Positions 53,001 through 63,671 of a stretch of DNA of 64,000 nucleotides are shown here, piece by piece. The notes below the pieces were generated by a model. That model saw nothing but the letters and a program-made list of their open reading frames with translations, searched no databases and was not told the origin of the DNA. Position numbers and translations under genes: made by a program. The DNA comes from Carcharhinus amblyrhynchos (taxonomy: Eukaryota), in NCBI GenBank assembly GCA_965287045.1, contig OZ336885.1, positions 63,364,001-63,428,000 on the forward strand. Direction: 5' to 3'. The first letter of the stretch is position 1, and each line of letters begins with the position of its first letter.

Positions 53001-53738
53001 TAAACGACTACCACACACTGTCTAATGCTGTACTTCACCCTTACCCGCTAATGAATTACAAGTTAATAACTTTGTGCTGTGTACCCCTTCAATGTGGTCC
53101 TAGCCCTGGATGCAATTCGGAAGTGGAGCTGTCCTGCTTGATGCCCCCCCCCACCCCCCCGTTGCCTGTGATGGCCTTGCTGTACGTCCACTGGATGGCT
53201 GGGAGGTAGAGTTTCCCAGCTGATTTGGGGACTGCACTGTTTCAGTACCCCTCTGTTCATCTCTGGGGCAGGGGGGAAGAAGGGGCTCCGGTGGACAGCA
53301 CTGAGGCCAGAAATGTGTGTGGGCACTGTGAAGACTAGCAATGAGACCAGTGACGTGTGTGGGGAGGGCGGCAAGGGTTTGGGTGAGGGTCCAGAAATGA
53401 GACCAGCGTTTTGTGTGTGGGTGTTGCGGGGGGCAACAATTCAGCCAACGATGAATGTGAGTTTTGGATGACAGTGGTTTGGGTGCTGGGAGGTCTCTTC
53501 AGCTATTGGCCAGCGATGTGCATGAGCGAGTTCCTCCTCGTCCCGCGGATTTCAGACACTTTGGTGCGAACAGGCCACGTTTCCTCCCTTCCCCCTCCCC
53601 AGCGTTTAATGATGTTCACACTTGGGACATCCGCAGTGGAGATAGTGCGGAGGTTCGGATGAAAAGCTGAACTGAAAAAAAAGTTGGAATGCAGAATAGT
53701 TTTCCTACCAATTCAGCAATTTTAGGAGAAACGCCCCC
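50021..53738 (+). mobile_element. Decayed PIF/Harbinger DNA transposon with transposase remnant
   Basis: ORF 51982-52233 (GSAHDSFV...GWLWGGKRCPLMSWL...RYNEAHEATR) followed by MRFCCFD matches the HARBI1-like DDE C-terminal half; degenerate TIRs ggccgcgattctcc (50021) and ggagaaacgccccc (to 53738). Confidence 0.8.
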
Positions 53739-53928
53739 ATCATTTCTGCATGAAGAAGTGATACCTCCTCATAATACCAGGGCAACACCACCAATTGCAT
53801 AGCCACCCGTAAGTGTACTGTTAAGCATTTGGAGGTGTCAAAGGCTATTCAAAACGTCCATGGATGATGCTAAATTCCGGGCAAAGGCTGATCCATTAAA
53901 ATTATATCGACATTCTCTTTTCGTTTAC

Positions 53929-53955
53929 CTTGCTCTTTCTTCGCAACTTCTTCTT
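53929..53955 (-). CDS. 27-nt microexon (E)EEVAKKEQ
   Basis: ttttttcatttcttgtag|aagaagaagttgcgaagaaagagcaag|gtaaac. Confidence 0.85.
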
Positions 53956-54599
53956 CTACAAGAAATGAAAAAAAAAAGTGAATGTAATGCTCTAGCCCGT
54001 GGCGCCATCACATTGACAGACAAGTGTTGCTGTCCATGGAGTAATTGCCAAATGAAGACAGTGCCTTAAAGCACTGTTAAGTGCAAACACACCGGGAATA
54101 CATGCACTCACAGAGGATTTCAGAGTAGCAGAAATTATAATGCGTCCAGCTACTTATAAATCAGTTCTGATTTTAGATCGATTGGGAAATTCCTCTTGCA
54201 ACCTTTGACTTTTTTTTTCGTTAACGTTGATAAACGTATAATGGACAATACTCTACCAAGAACAGTGGCTTTACTGCACCATTGTTTCAGACTAGATTAC
54301 GTTGGTCAACTTTCTATGGTGGATAACATTTCCAATTTAGATATTTTTTTGCCAACATAAGCCCATACTGAAATATATGTGGCGCCCATTTGTTCGAATA
54401 TCACAAAGCGAACGAGTTCTATTTCCGAATTTGGACTCTCAGCACAACACGTCAAGTATGATTGCGGCAAATATCTGACTGGAGAACAAAACGTAGAAAG
54501 ACGGCCCAGGAATGGAGCATTCGGGGCATTGAGTCAACTCCCCCCGCCCCCCCCCCCTCACCCCTCCCCCGCCGTGCTCAGTTTGATTGCTTCGCGTCA

Positions 54600-54892
54600 T
54601 AAAAAACAGTTTGTCACATGTGGAATTGCATTGGAGTTACTGTGGAAATTTTCTAGTTGCCACACTCTGGCGCGTGTTCGAGTACATTGAGCGAGGGCTT
54701 GTCGTTGCCAGTGCACCGAAGCAACACATCTTGCTGGCTTGTTGGAGGAAAATGGAGCACCCGAAGGAAACCCACACAGATACGGGGAGAACATACAAAT
54801 GCTGCGCAAACAGTAACCCAATCCGGAAATAGAACACCGGTCTCCAGCCCTGTGAGGCATCAGTGCTCCCCATTGTGTCACTGTGTTGCCCA
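54600..54892 (-). mobile_element. HE1-type SINE
   Basis: ggagcacccgaaggaaacccacacagatacggggagaac core; gggcaacacagtgacacaatg head on minus strand. Confidence 0.85.
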
Positions 54893-54899
54893 ATGAAAT

Positions 54900-56190
54900 G
54901 TGATATCCTGATCCCCCTTACATACATTTTAACAATTTAACCCCCCGGGATATATCCAATTCACCTGGCCTCAAATTGATTATGGGTTTGCGAATTCTAC
55001 AACTTCACAACTCTTCGGTCATGATTTTTTTCCTCATTACAGTTCACAATGCTCGACATTTACACTCAAAAATGACCTCGATTTCTGAACTCCACCACTA
55101 TCCAAGCATTCTTTTTTGGGATCTGCCCTATCAAATGTTATTAGCATGTTTCTATGAAATTCAGACTCACGCTTCCAAAAGCCAGACAATAACGTTCACA
55201 ATCACTTCGTATATTTTCAAATAAGAGACCTGTCATCCCAGGAATCATCATGATAAATATGTGTTGCACTCCCTCCATTGTATGGATACAATTACCTTGT
55301 TAAGTCGGCCTAAACTGAACTTAAGCCTTCAAGTGCTGCCTCACTAATGTTTATACGAAAAAAAAACTTCCCTATTCCTCTAATCAAATCATCTCGCTAC
55401 GAAGGCCAATATTCCGTTGGTCTTTTTTTTTACAGCCTTGTGTTTATTTTCTGTGACTTATTCACGAGGACACATTCCCTCTGAGTATGATCCAAATTTC
55501 TCAATTTAAGTGCATTTAAATAATATCCTTCCTTCCTGATTTTTGTATAGAAGTGGATAGTCTCACATACATCCAACTGATTTTCCATCTGTCGTGAATA
55601 TGCACACTTCCGGAGGGACATGAAGAAGTTTCGGCCAAACAGTTTGAAGTGCAACAGGTGATGTTGCAATCACAATGTACCTGAGCGCTCACTTAAAAGA
55701 AGAGCAGCCCTCTGAAAGCTCGTGATTCCACATAAAAATGTTGGGAATTAACCTGTTGTTGTTGAAACTTATTACGATAAATATAAACGATCACTTAGCG
55801 TGTTTAAACGTCACTGCAGCCTTATCGCAGGTTAACTTTCTGCATTGTGAAGATAATGCACACAATCCCTTCTTGCAAATCATTAATATATGTACGAATA
55901 TTTTGTAGCACCGTTCCATGGGTTATGTTAATAGTGAATGTCTGCCAAACGGCAAGAAAACGAACACAGTGGATGCCATTTGGTCGCAAACATTGTCTCC
56001 ATCTCAAGGCATTCCCTGTTATCGCTTATGCATTAACTTTGTGCGGTATTCTGCAAAGAACAACATCGTCAAAATATTCTGAACGTCAGACTAAATAGCA
56101 TACATTCACAGTTTTCTTTGGTCACCCGATCACGTCTTCAAATGAGTCCCATTAATTCACCAAAGGTTTCCCATTAGTAATTCATGAAAC
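54900..56190 (-). mobile_element. CR1 LINE, heavily decayed
   Basis: Degenerate ORF2 (ORF 55430-55669 CETIHF...YYLN; gaaggccaatattccgttgg). Confidence 0.7.
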
Positions 56191-56599
56191 TCTCCTTCCA
56201 CGGTGAATGGTTGGTTTGCTTTTGTTCAGTTACTCTGTTTTTGTTTTCTCGGTGGAAATGCATTGCTTGGCATACAAACAGAGGTCAGACGGTGGGTTTT
56301 GATACTTTGCGTCATCGCAACCTGCCTTAGAACTAGCTTCAACCAATTGCATCAGAAAACCTATGGACAACTTAATCCGGATTTTTTTTTCTCTTCTGCA
56401 CAATTTTCAATTTCATTGCTTTCTGCTCTTTTCATGACTTGTGCCTTAAAATTTTGAACCTTACTTTGTAAAAACAAAATATGGGAACAAATGTTTCTGC
56501 TGCCTTTCCTTCACCAGGAACATTCCCTCCTCAAAGAAATAGTTTTTATTTCCAGTTTGTTGTTCATTATCTAGTTCACAAGATCTAAATACATCTAAT

Positions 56600-58340
56600 T
56601 TGTATATTGGCTTTGTAAAGGGGAAGTCTTGCTTTACGAATCTGGTAGATTTTTTTGAGGAGGTGACAAAAACGTTTGACGAAGGACGAGCTGTTGATGT
56701 CGTCTATGTGGATTTCAGTAAGGCGTTTGACAAAGTCTCTCATGGTAGGTTGGTAGAAAAGATTAAGGCTCATGGGATACAAGGCCAGGTATCTAGAGGG
56801 GTGGAGAACTGGTTTGCTAAGAGGAGACAGAGAGTAGTAGTGGAGGGGTCCTTTTCTAGCTGGAGGTCTCTCACTCGTGGTGTGCCGCAGGGCTCAGTAC
56901 TGGGACCTCTTCTCTTTGTAGCATATATAAATGACTTGGAAGAGGGAGTAAGTGGTGTGATCAGCAAATTTGCAGATGACACTAAGATGGCTGGATTGGC
57001 GGGCAGTGAGGAGCAGTGTCTGGCAATACAACGGGATATAGATAGACTGGTATATTGCGCAGATATATGGCAAATGGAGTTTAATCCGGATAAATGTGAG
57101 GTGATGCATTTTGGCAGGGATGAAGTGCGGGGGTAGTTATATGATAAAGGGTAAGCCTATAAAGAGCATAGAAACGCAGCGGGACCTCAGGGTAAAAGTG
57201 CACAAGTCTTTGAACGTGGCAGTACAAGTGGAGAAGGCTGTGAAGAACGCCTATGGAATGTTAGCCTTTATAGGAAGAGGTATAGATTGTAAGAGCTGGG
57301 GTCTGATGTTGCAGTTGTATAGAACGTTGGTGAGGCTGCATTTGGAGTACTGCGTACAGTTCTGTTCACCTTACTACCGGAAGGACATGGAGACTCTGGA
57401 CAGAGTGCAAAGGAGGTTTGTCAGGATGTTGCCTGGTATGGAAGGACAGGGTTATGAATAACGATTGAGCAAACTGGGGCTGTTTTCCCTTGAAAGACGT
57501 CGACTGAGGGGCGATCTAATAGAGGTGTATAAGATTACGATGGGTGTAGATAGAGTAAACAGTGGTAAACTATTTCCTATGTTAGGGACGCACAGTACGA
57601 GGGGCCACGGGTTTAGGGTGAGTGGGGAGAGATATAACACGGATATTAGAAGGAGGTTTTTCACACAGAGGGTACTGGGGGTGTGGAATGCGCTGCTAAG
57701 CAAGGTGGTGGAGGCAGGCACGCTGGATTTGTTTAAAAGTTACTTAGACAGGGGCATAAGTGGGTTGAAAATGGGAGGATATAGGAGACTGTTTTAAATA
57801 AGGTTCATTAGCATTGGGACGTCCTTGGTAATGTATAAGGATGACGAATGATACTAATGTTTTTCTCTTTTAATCCACAGGTTTTAACTCGGTCCGCTTT
57901 GTTGCCCAACGAGGGGCATACACGCATTGGGCCGTTCTAGGGCTGCTCTTGGATGTTCGAGAGTAGCCTGGTGTTTCATATCGTTAGTGTGCGCTTAAAC
58001 TGGACCAGGTTTTGGGCAAAACGACAGCTCAGTGATTATCACTGTTTTCTGTGCAGACACATGGATTTGGGCCAGTGTCTGTGGGAGTTTGAGCATTCTC
58101 CCCGTGCTTGGCTGGGTTTTCTCCGGGTGCTCCGGTTTCCTCCCATACCCCAAAGATGTGCTATTAGGCTGATTGGAGGTAATAAATTGTCCCCAAATTA
58201 GTTTCCCTCAATGTGGAATGCCATAATCATAGATAAGGGTCATGGGTGGAAGGGGGACTGGTAATGTTGGAATGGCGGCGCGGGCTCGCTGGGCCGAAGG
58301 GTCTGTTTCCGGGGCTGTTTTTGTTCTTTGTTCTTTATTT
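56600..58340 (+). mobile_element. Young CR1 LINE (RT to ORF2 end) with extended 3' region containing a spacer and an HE1-type SINE; copy 2
   Basis: ORFs 56600-57136 (DFSKAFDKV, GVPQGSVLGP, KFADDTK), 57111-57461, 57465-57797; SINE core about 58075-58200; gttcttt tail. Confidence 0.95.
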
Positions 58341-58984
58341 TATTAAGCGTGGTGTTTGCACCTCTTGTGTGTTTTGGATTATTTACTGCAATTCTGCTGA
58401 ACGCCATTGAATTCTGAGAAAAAAAATGGGCTGTCATATCTCTATTGACATTCGATTTTAAAGCGGATCAGAAATGTTTCCCAAATGAGTTTAAATTACA
58501 GCGACATATCATAACATCATTTTTTTTTGTCTGAAATAGAGCCTTGCCATTTATCACTTCCAATGCTTGCAACCCAAAATTCCGTTAGAGATTGAAAACG
58601 ATTAGCTAAATCCTTCTTTCTGCAACTAACCGTCACACAATGCATTTTCCTCGCGACATAAACATGCATTTCTTCAGTGATATTGGTTTAATTCACTATT
58701 TTTAATTGCAACAACGCTTAAGGAAAGAACTATATTATAAATGTTGACGTGGAATTGAACAAAAAAGTCACATTAAGTAGCCAATGTGTTTTGCTGAGAA
58801 TTCGGTTGGAATTTAAATAATGCACGTCTGCTAAATTGATAATCTGCATTTTGCAGTGCAGTTGAATTTATATTGAGGGTATTTTCTTGTTCTTCATGAA
58901 TTAAAGTAAATTATTTGCTCCGTGATATTCCATTAAGATTGTCAACACGTCTGCAACTTCTAGTTAACGTAAAATCAGAAACAT

Positions 58985-59990
58985 GGGCCCGATTTTATAA
59001 AGACGTTGCATCCGTTTTGGGCGCGAACGCTTGGTAAAGTAGATTTTGAGGTGAGTAGCGCGAACCGCGCCCGTTCCCCCTTTTACCTAGCGGCAAAATG
59101 GCCGCAATAGGCACAAATACTGAAATGGGCGCGAGGTCAACTTAAATGTCTTTGCGTGGATTTGCATTTACTTTATTGGATGGACGCCCACATTTATCTG
59201 CATTGCTTCCTTTATGAACGCGTTCGCCGGCTCACAAAAGGAACAAAAGTTAAATGGTTCGGAAAGGTTTGTTTCGGGATATCCAGATTCTATAGCTGTA
59301 ACTTCAAAGCTTCTAGCGGCTCTGTAACTCAGATAGATGATGGCAGTGTCGGGGGGTGCGGGGGGGCGGGGGGGGGGTTGCGGCGGTACGGGGGGGAAGC
59401 CCAGCCAGATGGATCTGTTTTTTTTAGGGGCGGGTTGCAGGAGAAATGAGGCAGCTCATATCATTCTCTTGTGGATGGTGGGACGGAAAGGAGACAAGAT
59501 CGTTCTCTGGTGGGAGGATGAGGGAGGCGGGCCAGACATCCTCTGGGTGGTCCGGCACGGCGAGGGCGGGGGGAAGTGCAGAATGTTTTCTGTACGGGGG
59601 GACGAGGAGCAGGGATGCTGGACAGACTTTTCTCTGGTGGGGGGCTGGGGTAGGAGGCAGGGGAGAGGGCAGGAGGTCCGCAGAGAATCTGCGGGCGAAT
59701 AGTGGGGTGAAGGAAGCGTTGCTACCACTTTGCGTGCAATCGGTGGAGGGAGTTGGGGGATCGGGACAGGCGGTTACGATCCGTCTGGGTAGCTTTGGGC
59801 GGCGGGGGTGGGGGAGGGTGGGTGGATACGGGGGATAGCTCTGTTGTGGGCGTGGAGCATGCCTACGGGGCAAGCAGTCATGTGCGCCTCGGGAGAGATG
59901 CGCCAGGGACGCGGTTTTCAAATTTATTAAATGTGCATGCTCGATTGGTGGCTTCGTTCGCAGCTGCAGTGTTCTGGGCGCGATAAGCCC
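58985..59990. mobile_element. GC-rich non-autonomous DNA-transposon-like element (possibly Harbinger-related)
   Basis: Starts gggcccgatttta, similar to the 50021 TIR; abrupt GC-rich block; right end unclear. Confidence 0.45.
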
Positions 59991-60077
59991 CGTCCACAGG
60001 CTCCTTCAGTGGGATTCAGAATCGCTGTTTTTTTTCTTTTCGGCAGATTGCGTATGTGACCCTCAGAACAAATTTAC

Positions 60078-60104
60078 AAGTCGGATCTGCATCACTCCCT
60101 TCTT
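60078..60104 (-). CDS. 27-nt microexon (E)EGSDADPT; downstream partner not found
   Basis: ttttgcttctaattgtag|aagaagggagtgatgcagatccgactt|gtaaat; ends in T, so direct joining to the 53929-53955 exon gives TAA. Confidence 0.5.
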
Positions 60105-60259
60105 CTACAATTAGAAGCAAAATGCTAAAATCGGGATCATGTTCTAGATAGGTGGAAGCCAACATATGTTCTCCCCGAGTTATGACACAATAGCAAAAAA
60201 AAAACAAAACGTCTGCACAAACTCATGTTATTACGAACTAAGATGAAGGCTTCAAACAA

Positions 60260-61085
60260 GATGAAGGTGGTCCACTTTGGTCGGAATTATGGTAGGAAGG
60301 ACTATTACTTACGGGGCGAAAAACTGCAGCAGGCGACGGTGCAGAGGGACCTCAGGGTCCTTGTGCATGAGTCGCAAAAACCCAGCTTGCAGGTGCAGCA
60401 GGTGGTCAGGAAGGCGAATGGGATGCTGACCTTCATAGCGAGGGGGATTGAATATAAAAGTAGGGAGGTCTTGCTGCGGCTGTATAGGGCATTGGTGAGG
60501 CCGCAGCTGGAGTACTGTGTGCAGTTTTGGGCGCCGTACTTACGCAAGGATATTTTGGCCTTGGAGGGAGTGCAGAGGAGGTTTACTAGGCTGATGCCGG
60601 AGTTGAGGGGGTTGGGCTATGAGGAGATGCTGAATAAACTAGGATTGTACTCGTTAGAGTTTAGAAGAATGAGTGGAGATCACATTGAGACGTATAAGAT
60701 GATGAATGGGATGGATAGGATAGAGGTGGAGAGACTCTTCGCGCTCAGAAAGGACAGTAGGACTAGGGGGCACAGCCTCAAGATAAAGCGGGGGGGGGGG
60801 GGGTGCGGTTTAGAACGGAGTTGAGGAAGAGCTTCTTCACTCAAAGGGTGGTGAATCTCTGGAATTCTCTGCCCGTTGAAGTGGTGGAGGCTCCCTCGCT
60901 AAATATTTTTAAGACGCGGGTTGATGGATTTTTGATAAGAGAGGGGATTAAGGGTTATGGGGAGAGGGCGGGAAAGTGGAACTGAGCCACGACAGATCAG
61001 CCATGATTTTATTGAATGGCGGGGCAGACTCGAAGGGCTGGATGGCCTACTCCTGCTCCTATTTCTTATTTCTTATGTTCTTATG
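60260..61085 (+). mobile_element. Young CR1 LINE 3' portion
   Basis: ORF 60225-60824 (LVRPQLEYCVQFWAPY), 60803-60985 (FFTQRVVNLWNSLP), ttcttatg tail. Confidence 0.95.
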
Positions 61086-62063
61086 AAGATGTATGCAACG
61101 GTGTAAGGAAAGTAATTCACCTGGTTGCAATGGCTGAAAGGATTTTTCGTGGGACCAGCTGGTTATTATTTCATGAACATTGGTTCTATAACATTTCGAT
61201 TGTCATATCAATTGAATTGTAATTGTTCATTTACACCAGGCTTATTTCCTGATCAGACGGCTTTCATATCAGGGGGATTAAAAATTATGGATCTCTTTTC
61301 CTTTCCGTTTGGAAGACAGGGGGTGGGGGGGGATTCATTTAATCATATATGATCCCAATTGAGCTGGAAGGAGTTGTTTGTGAGGGGTTTTTACGAGTGA
61401 GAGTCAATTGAACATGCGAACATAGCTTCAAGGAAACTGACCCGTCAGTTGAAAGATGTGTAGAAATTACTTCTTGTACATATTGTGACTGGAGCTTTCT
61501 TCCCCAAAATCATAGAGAAGGTTGGATCAGCACGAATATATAAAGCAGAAATGAATACTTGACAGATTGAAGAAGTGCGAGTAATGCAATATTAACAAAA
61601 AATAATAGTTGACACTGTTTAGGATTACAAATTTGTCCGGTAATGTTACATATGTGGATTGGGAATAACAGAAGTATTCTTAATGTTAAGTATGTTAACG
61701 AAATGCCAAATATGTTTCCCACATATATTTTTCAATGTTCCCTCGCAATTTTTAAGCCATCATTCTATGAAGTTGGGCGGCAGGGTTGAAGGTGGTATAC
61801 TGTGTGCGCCGTCATTTCCTGGTTTAAAAAAGCGAACTTACAAATATTCGTCTGTTAATTGTAGGCCTTAATCTTGGTTGCACAAAAAAAAACAAAATCC
61901 TGACACTGTATTTTCATCATGAAATTGAAATGGCCCTATACATTAGTGCTAAAAAAAAAATCGGTTTCACATAATTAATTTTCGATACAAAAAATCAGCA
62001 CGCCTATATATGCCTAGTTCGTCAGTTTTATCTCATTAAGAAAACAACGAACTAAGGATCTAC

Positions 62064-62090
62064 CTTTTTGTATTTCTCTCAGCTTTTCTT
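62064..62090 (-). CDS. 27-nt microexon (K)EKLREIQK
   Basis: cctaattccttgacag|aagaaaagctgagagaaatacaaaaag|gtagat. Confidence 0.85.
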
Positions 62091-63632
62091 CTGTCAAGGA
62101 ATTAGGCGAATGGGAACATCATGCATTTCTTGAACTAGCTGAAATTTAAGTCGAGGCAATGACAAATTTCAGGTAGTTTAAGAAAGCGCCTTTGGAACCA
62201 GAGCAAATCTGCGTCTGCGTGTAGAGCTTCCTGGATTCTTCGTATAATCGTGTATATTGCAGCACACAATGTGACGAGTCGTTCTAGATCAGAGCATAAA
62301 AATTGCATTGTCTTGTCGGGCATCTGCCCTGCGCCCAGAAAACAAACACACATGAATCTGGACATTATATTTGCTTGGAGCATGTGCGAGGAAATTTTCT
62401 TAGCTGGAACTGAATACCTGACCGTTATGTTAACGCACACTGTCAACTTCCAGTCACGCTTGTATTTTTTAATATGAAGCAACTGAGATATTCCATCTAC
62501 TTTATTGAGTTACTTTTCCATGTCCAGGAAGTTCTGGACATTGTGGAGGAAATTCCTTTGGGCATACACAGGTACTCTAACCATGTGATAATGATCAGGC
62601 GCCTTGATCGTCCTTGTCATAGGCGGAAAAGATAATAGTGCACAGTAACTTTCATTATGATAGATAAGGTGACCATTCATGCAAAAGTAACGATAAACAG
62701 ATAGAAAATGCATGGCAGTTAGTTTTCAGAAATTGATTGACGTTTAACCTTAAACGAATTACGTTGGCTGGGGTTCGAGTATCTATACGGTATCGTGAAG
62801 AAATTTATTGAGGAGTCCATTTGCAGGAAAGACGAAAACAGGCAGGCATCATTACAGACAAGATGCACATTTGATCCAAAGTAAGGTTGCAAATGCAAAA
62901 TTTAAGCTACAAATGTGTCCGGTAATATTATATGCGTGGATTAGAAATAAGATAAACATTTTTGGCATTAAACGTAACGAAATGGCAAATATATATTCAA
63001 CCTGCTTCGTTTAATGATTCCTCGCAATTTTTCAGCTCTGGAAATGTAACACGTGCAATTCAGCCTTTTTGTGTTATAATTTTAGCACATTCTTCCGCCT
63101 TCCCCAAGCTTCACACTGGTATTTACAGCATTGCATATGGCTCAGACTAGCTACCCCAGAAATCCGTCTCAAGCATTCAAATTTCAAATTGTTAGTATGA
63201 ACTTCATCTCAGGTTATCTTCATGGAAAGCCTTTAATAATTGCAGATTCGTATCTATCTCAAATAATCCTTTTCTTGAATCATACAACTCAAACATGCTA
63301 ATTGGATTTCATTTTGCATCTCTTTTGAATATTTCTTTTCAATAAGAATGATTTGCAGCAGCAATTAACTGAATGAAAGTGGCTATTGTACTTGCTGACA
63401 GATTGGTCAAAGAAACGCATCCATCTCACATTGATCCGTAAGGGCACAGTCAAACAATTCGTTAAATACTCCGGAACTTTTTTGTTTTCTGTGCATGTCT
63501 GGAATTTATTTGAAAACAAAACTTGCCGACAGTTGTTTACTGCCACCTTTAGCCATCAAAACAATTAGCATTCTTCATTGTTCTTGCATAAATGTTATCT
63601 GCACAAATGGAATGCTAGATGTTTTGACTTAC

Positions 63633-63671
63633 TAATGTTTGTTGTGCAACGCCATATCTGGCTTTTCATTT
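63633..63671 (-). CDS. 39-nt exon (E)MKSQIWRCTTNI
   Basis: ttaacaaccatcag|aaatgaaaagccag...acaaacatta|gtaagt; strong donor, weak acceptor. Confidence 0.45.

Larger units (their letters stand above)
54..63671 (-). other. Partial multi-microexon gene encoding a coiled-coil-like repeat protein (possibly a butyrophilin/BG-like cytoplasmic tail); probably extends past both window ends
   Basis: 22 AG/GT-bounded phase-1 exons splice into a 675-nt stop-free frame: (E)MKSQIWRCTTNI KEKLREIQK EEEVAKKEQ EIKDLEAKVERL EADLEEKAK ENRENKVIPPRQCVQQ IEAEINVPAAAL ETDRKVKEL EKTYL EVANTDTFEDKPTNKQ FKQTLDEYLIGV DMKACEESLNQL EEKLKANEK ELSECEGALKDF QNLKN ELSSRLQTENDT KEKLNTTEK ELEKCKEALKKS EKNAANKDK ELDELEQKC REETDEKNL EKLKR. 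Confidence 0.8.

Noticed and set aside
30174-60803. Long G/C homopolymers inside TE copies (about 30174, 40920, 51137, 52263, 60790) as possible G-quadruplex signals
   Set aside because: Most simply slippage expansion of short G runs or homopolymer sequencing error; they create the poly-P/poly-G ORFs.
3200-61085. LINE orientation bias relative to the minus-strand gene
   Set aside because: Roughly equal numbers of fragments on each strand, so no signal.
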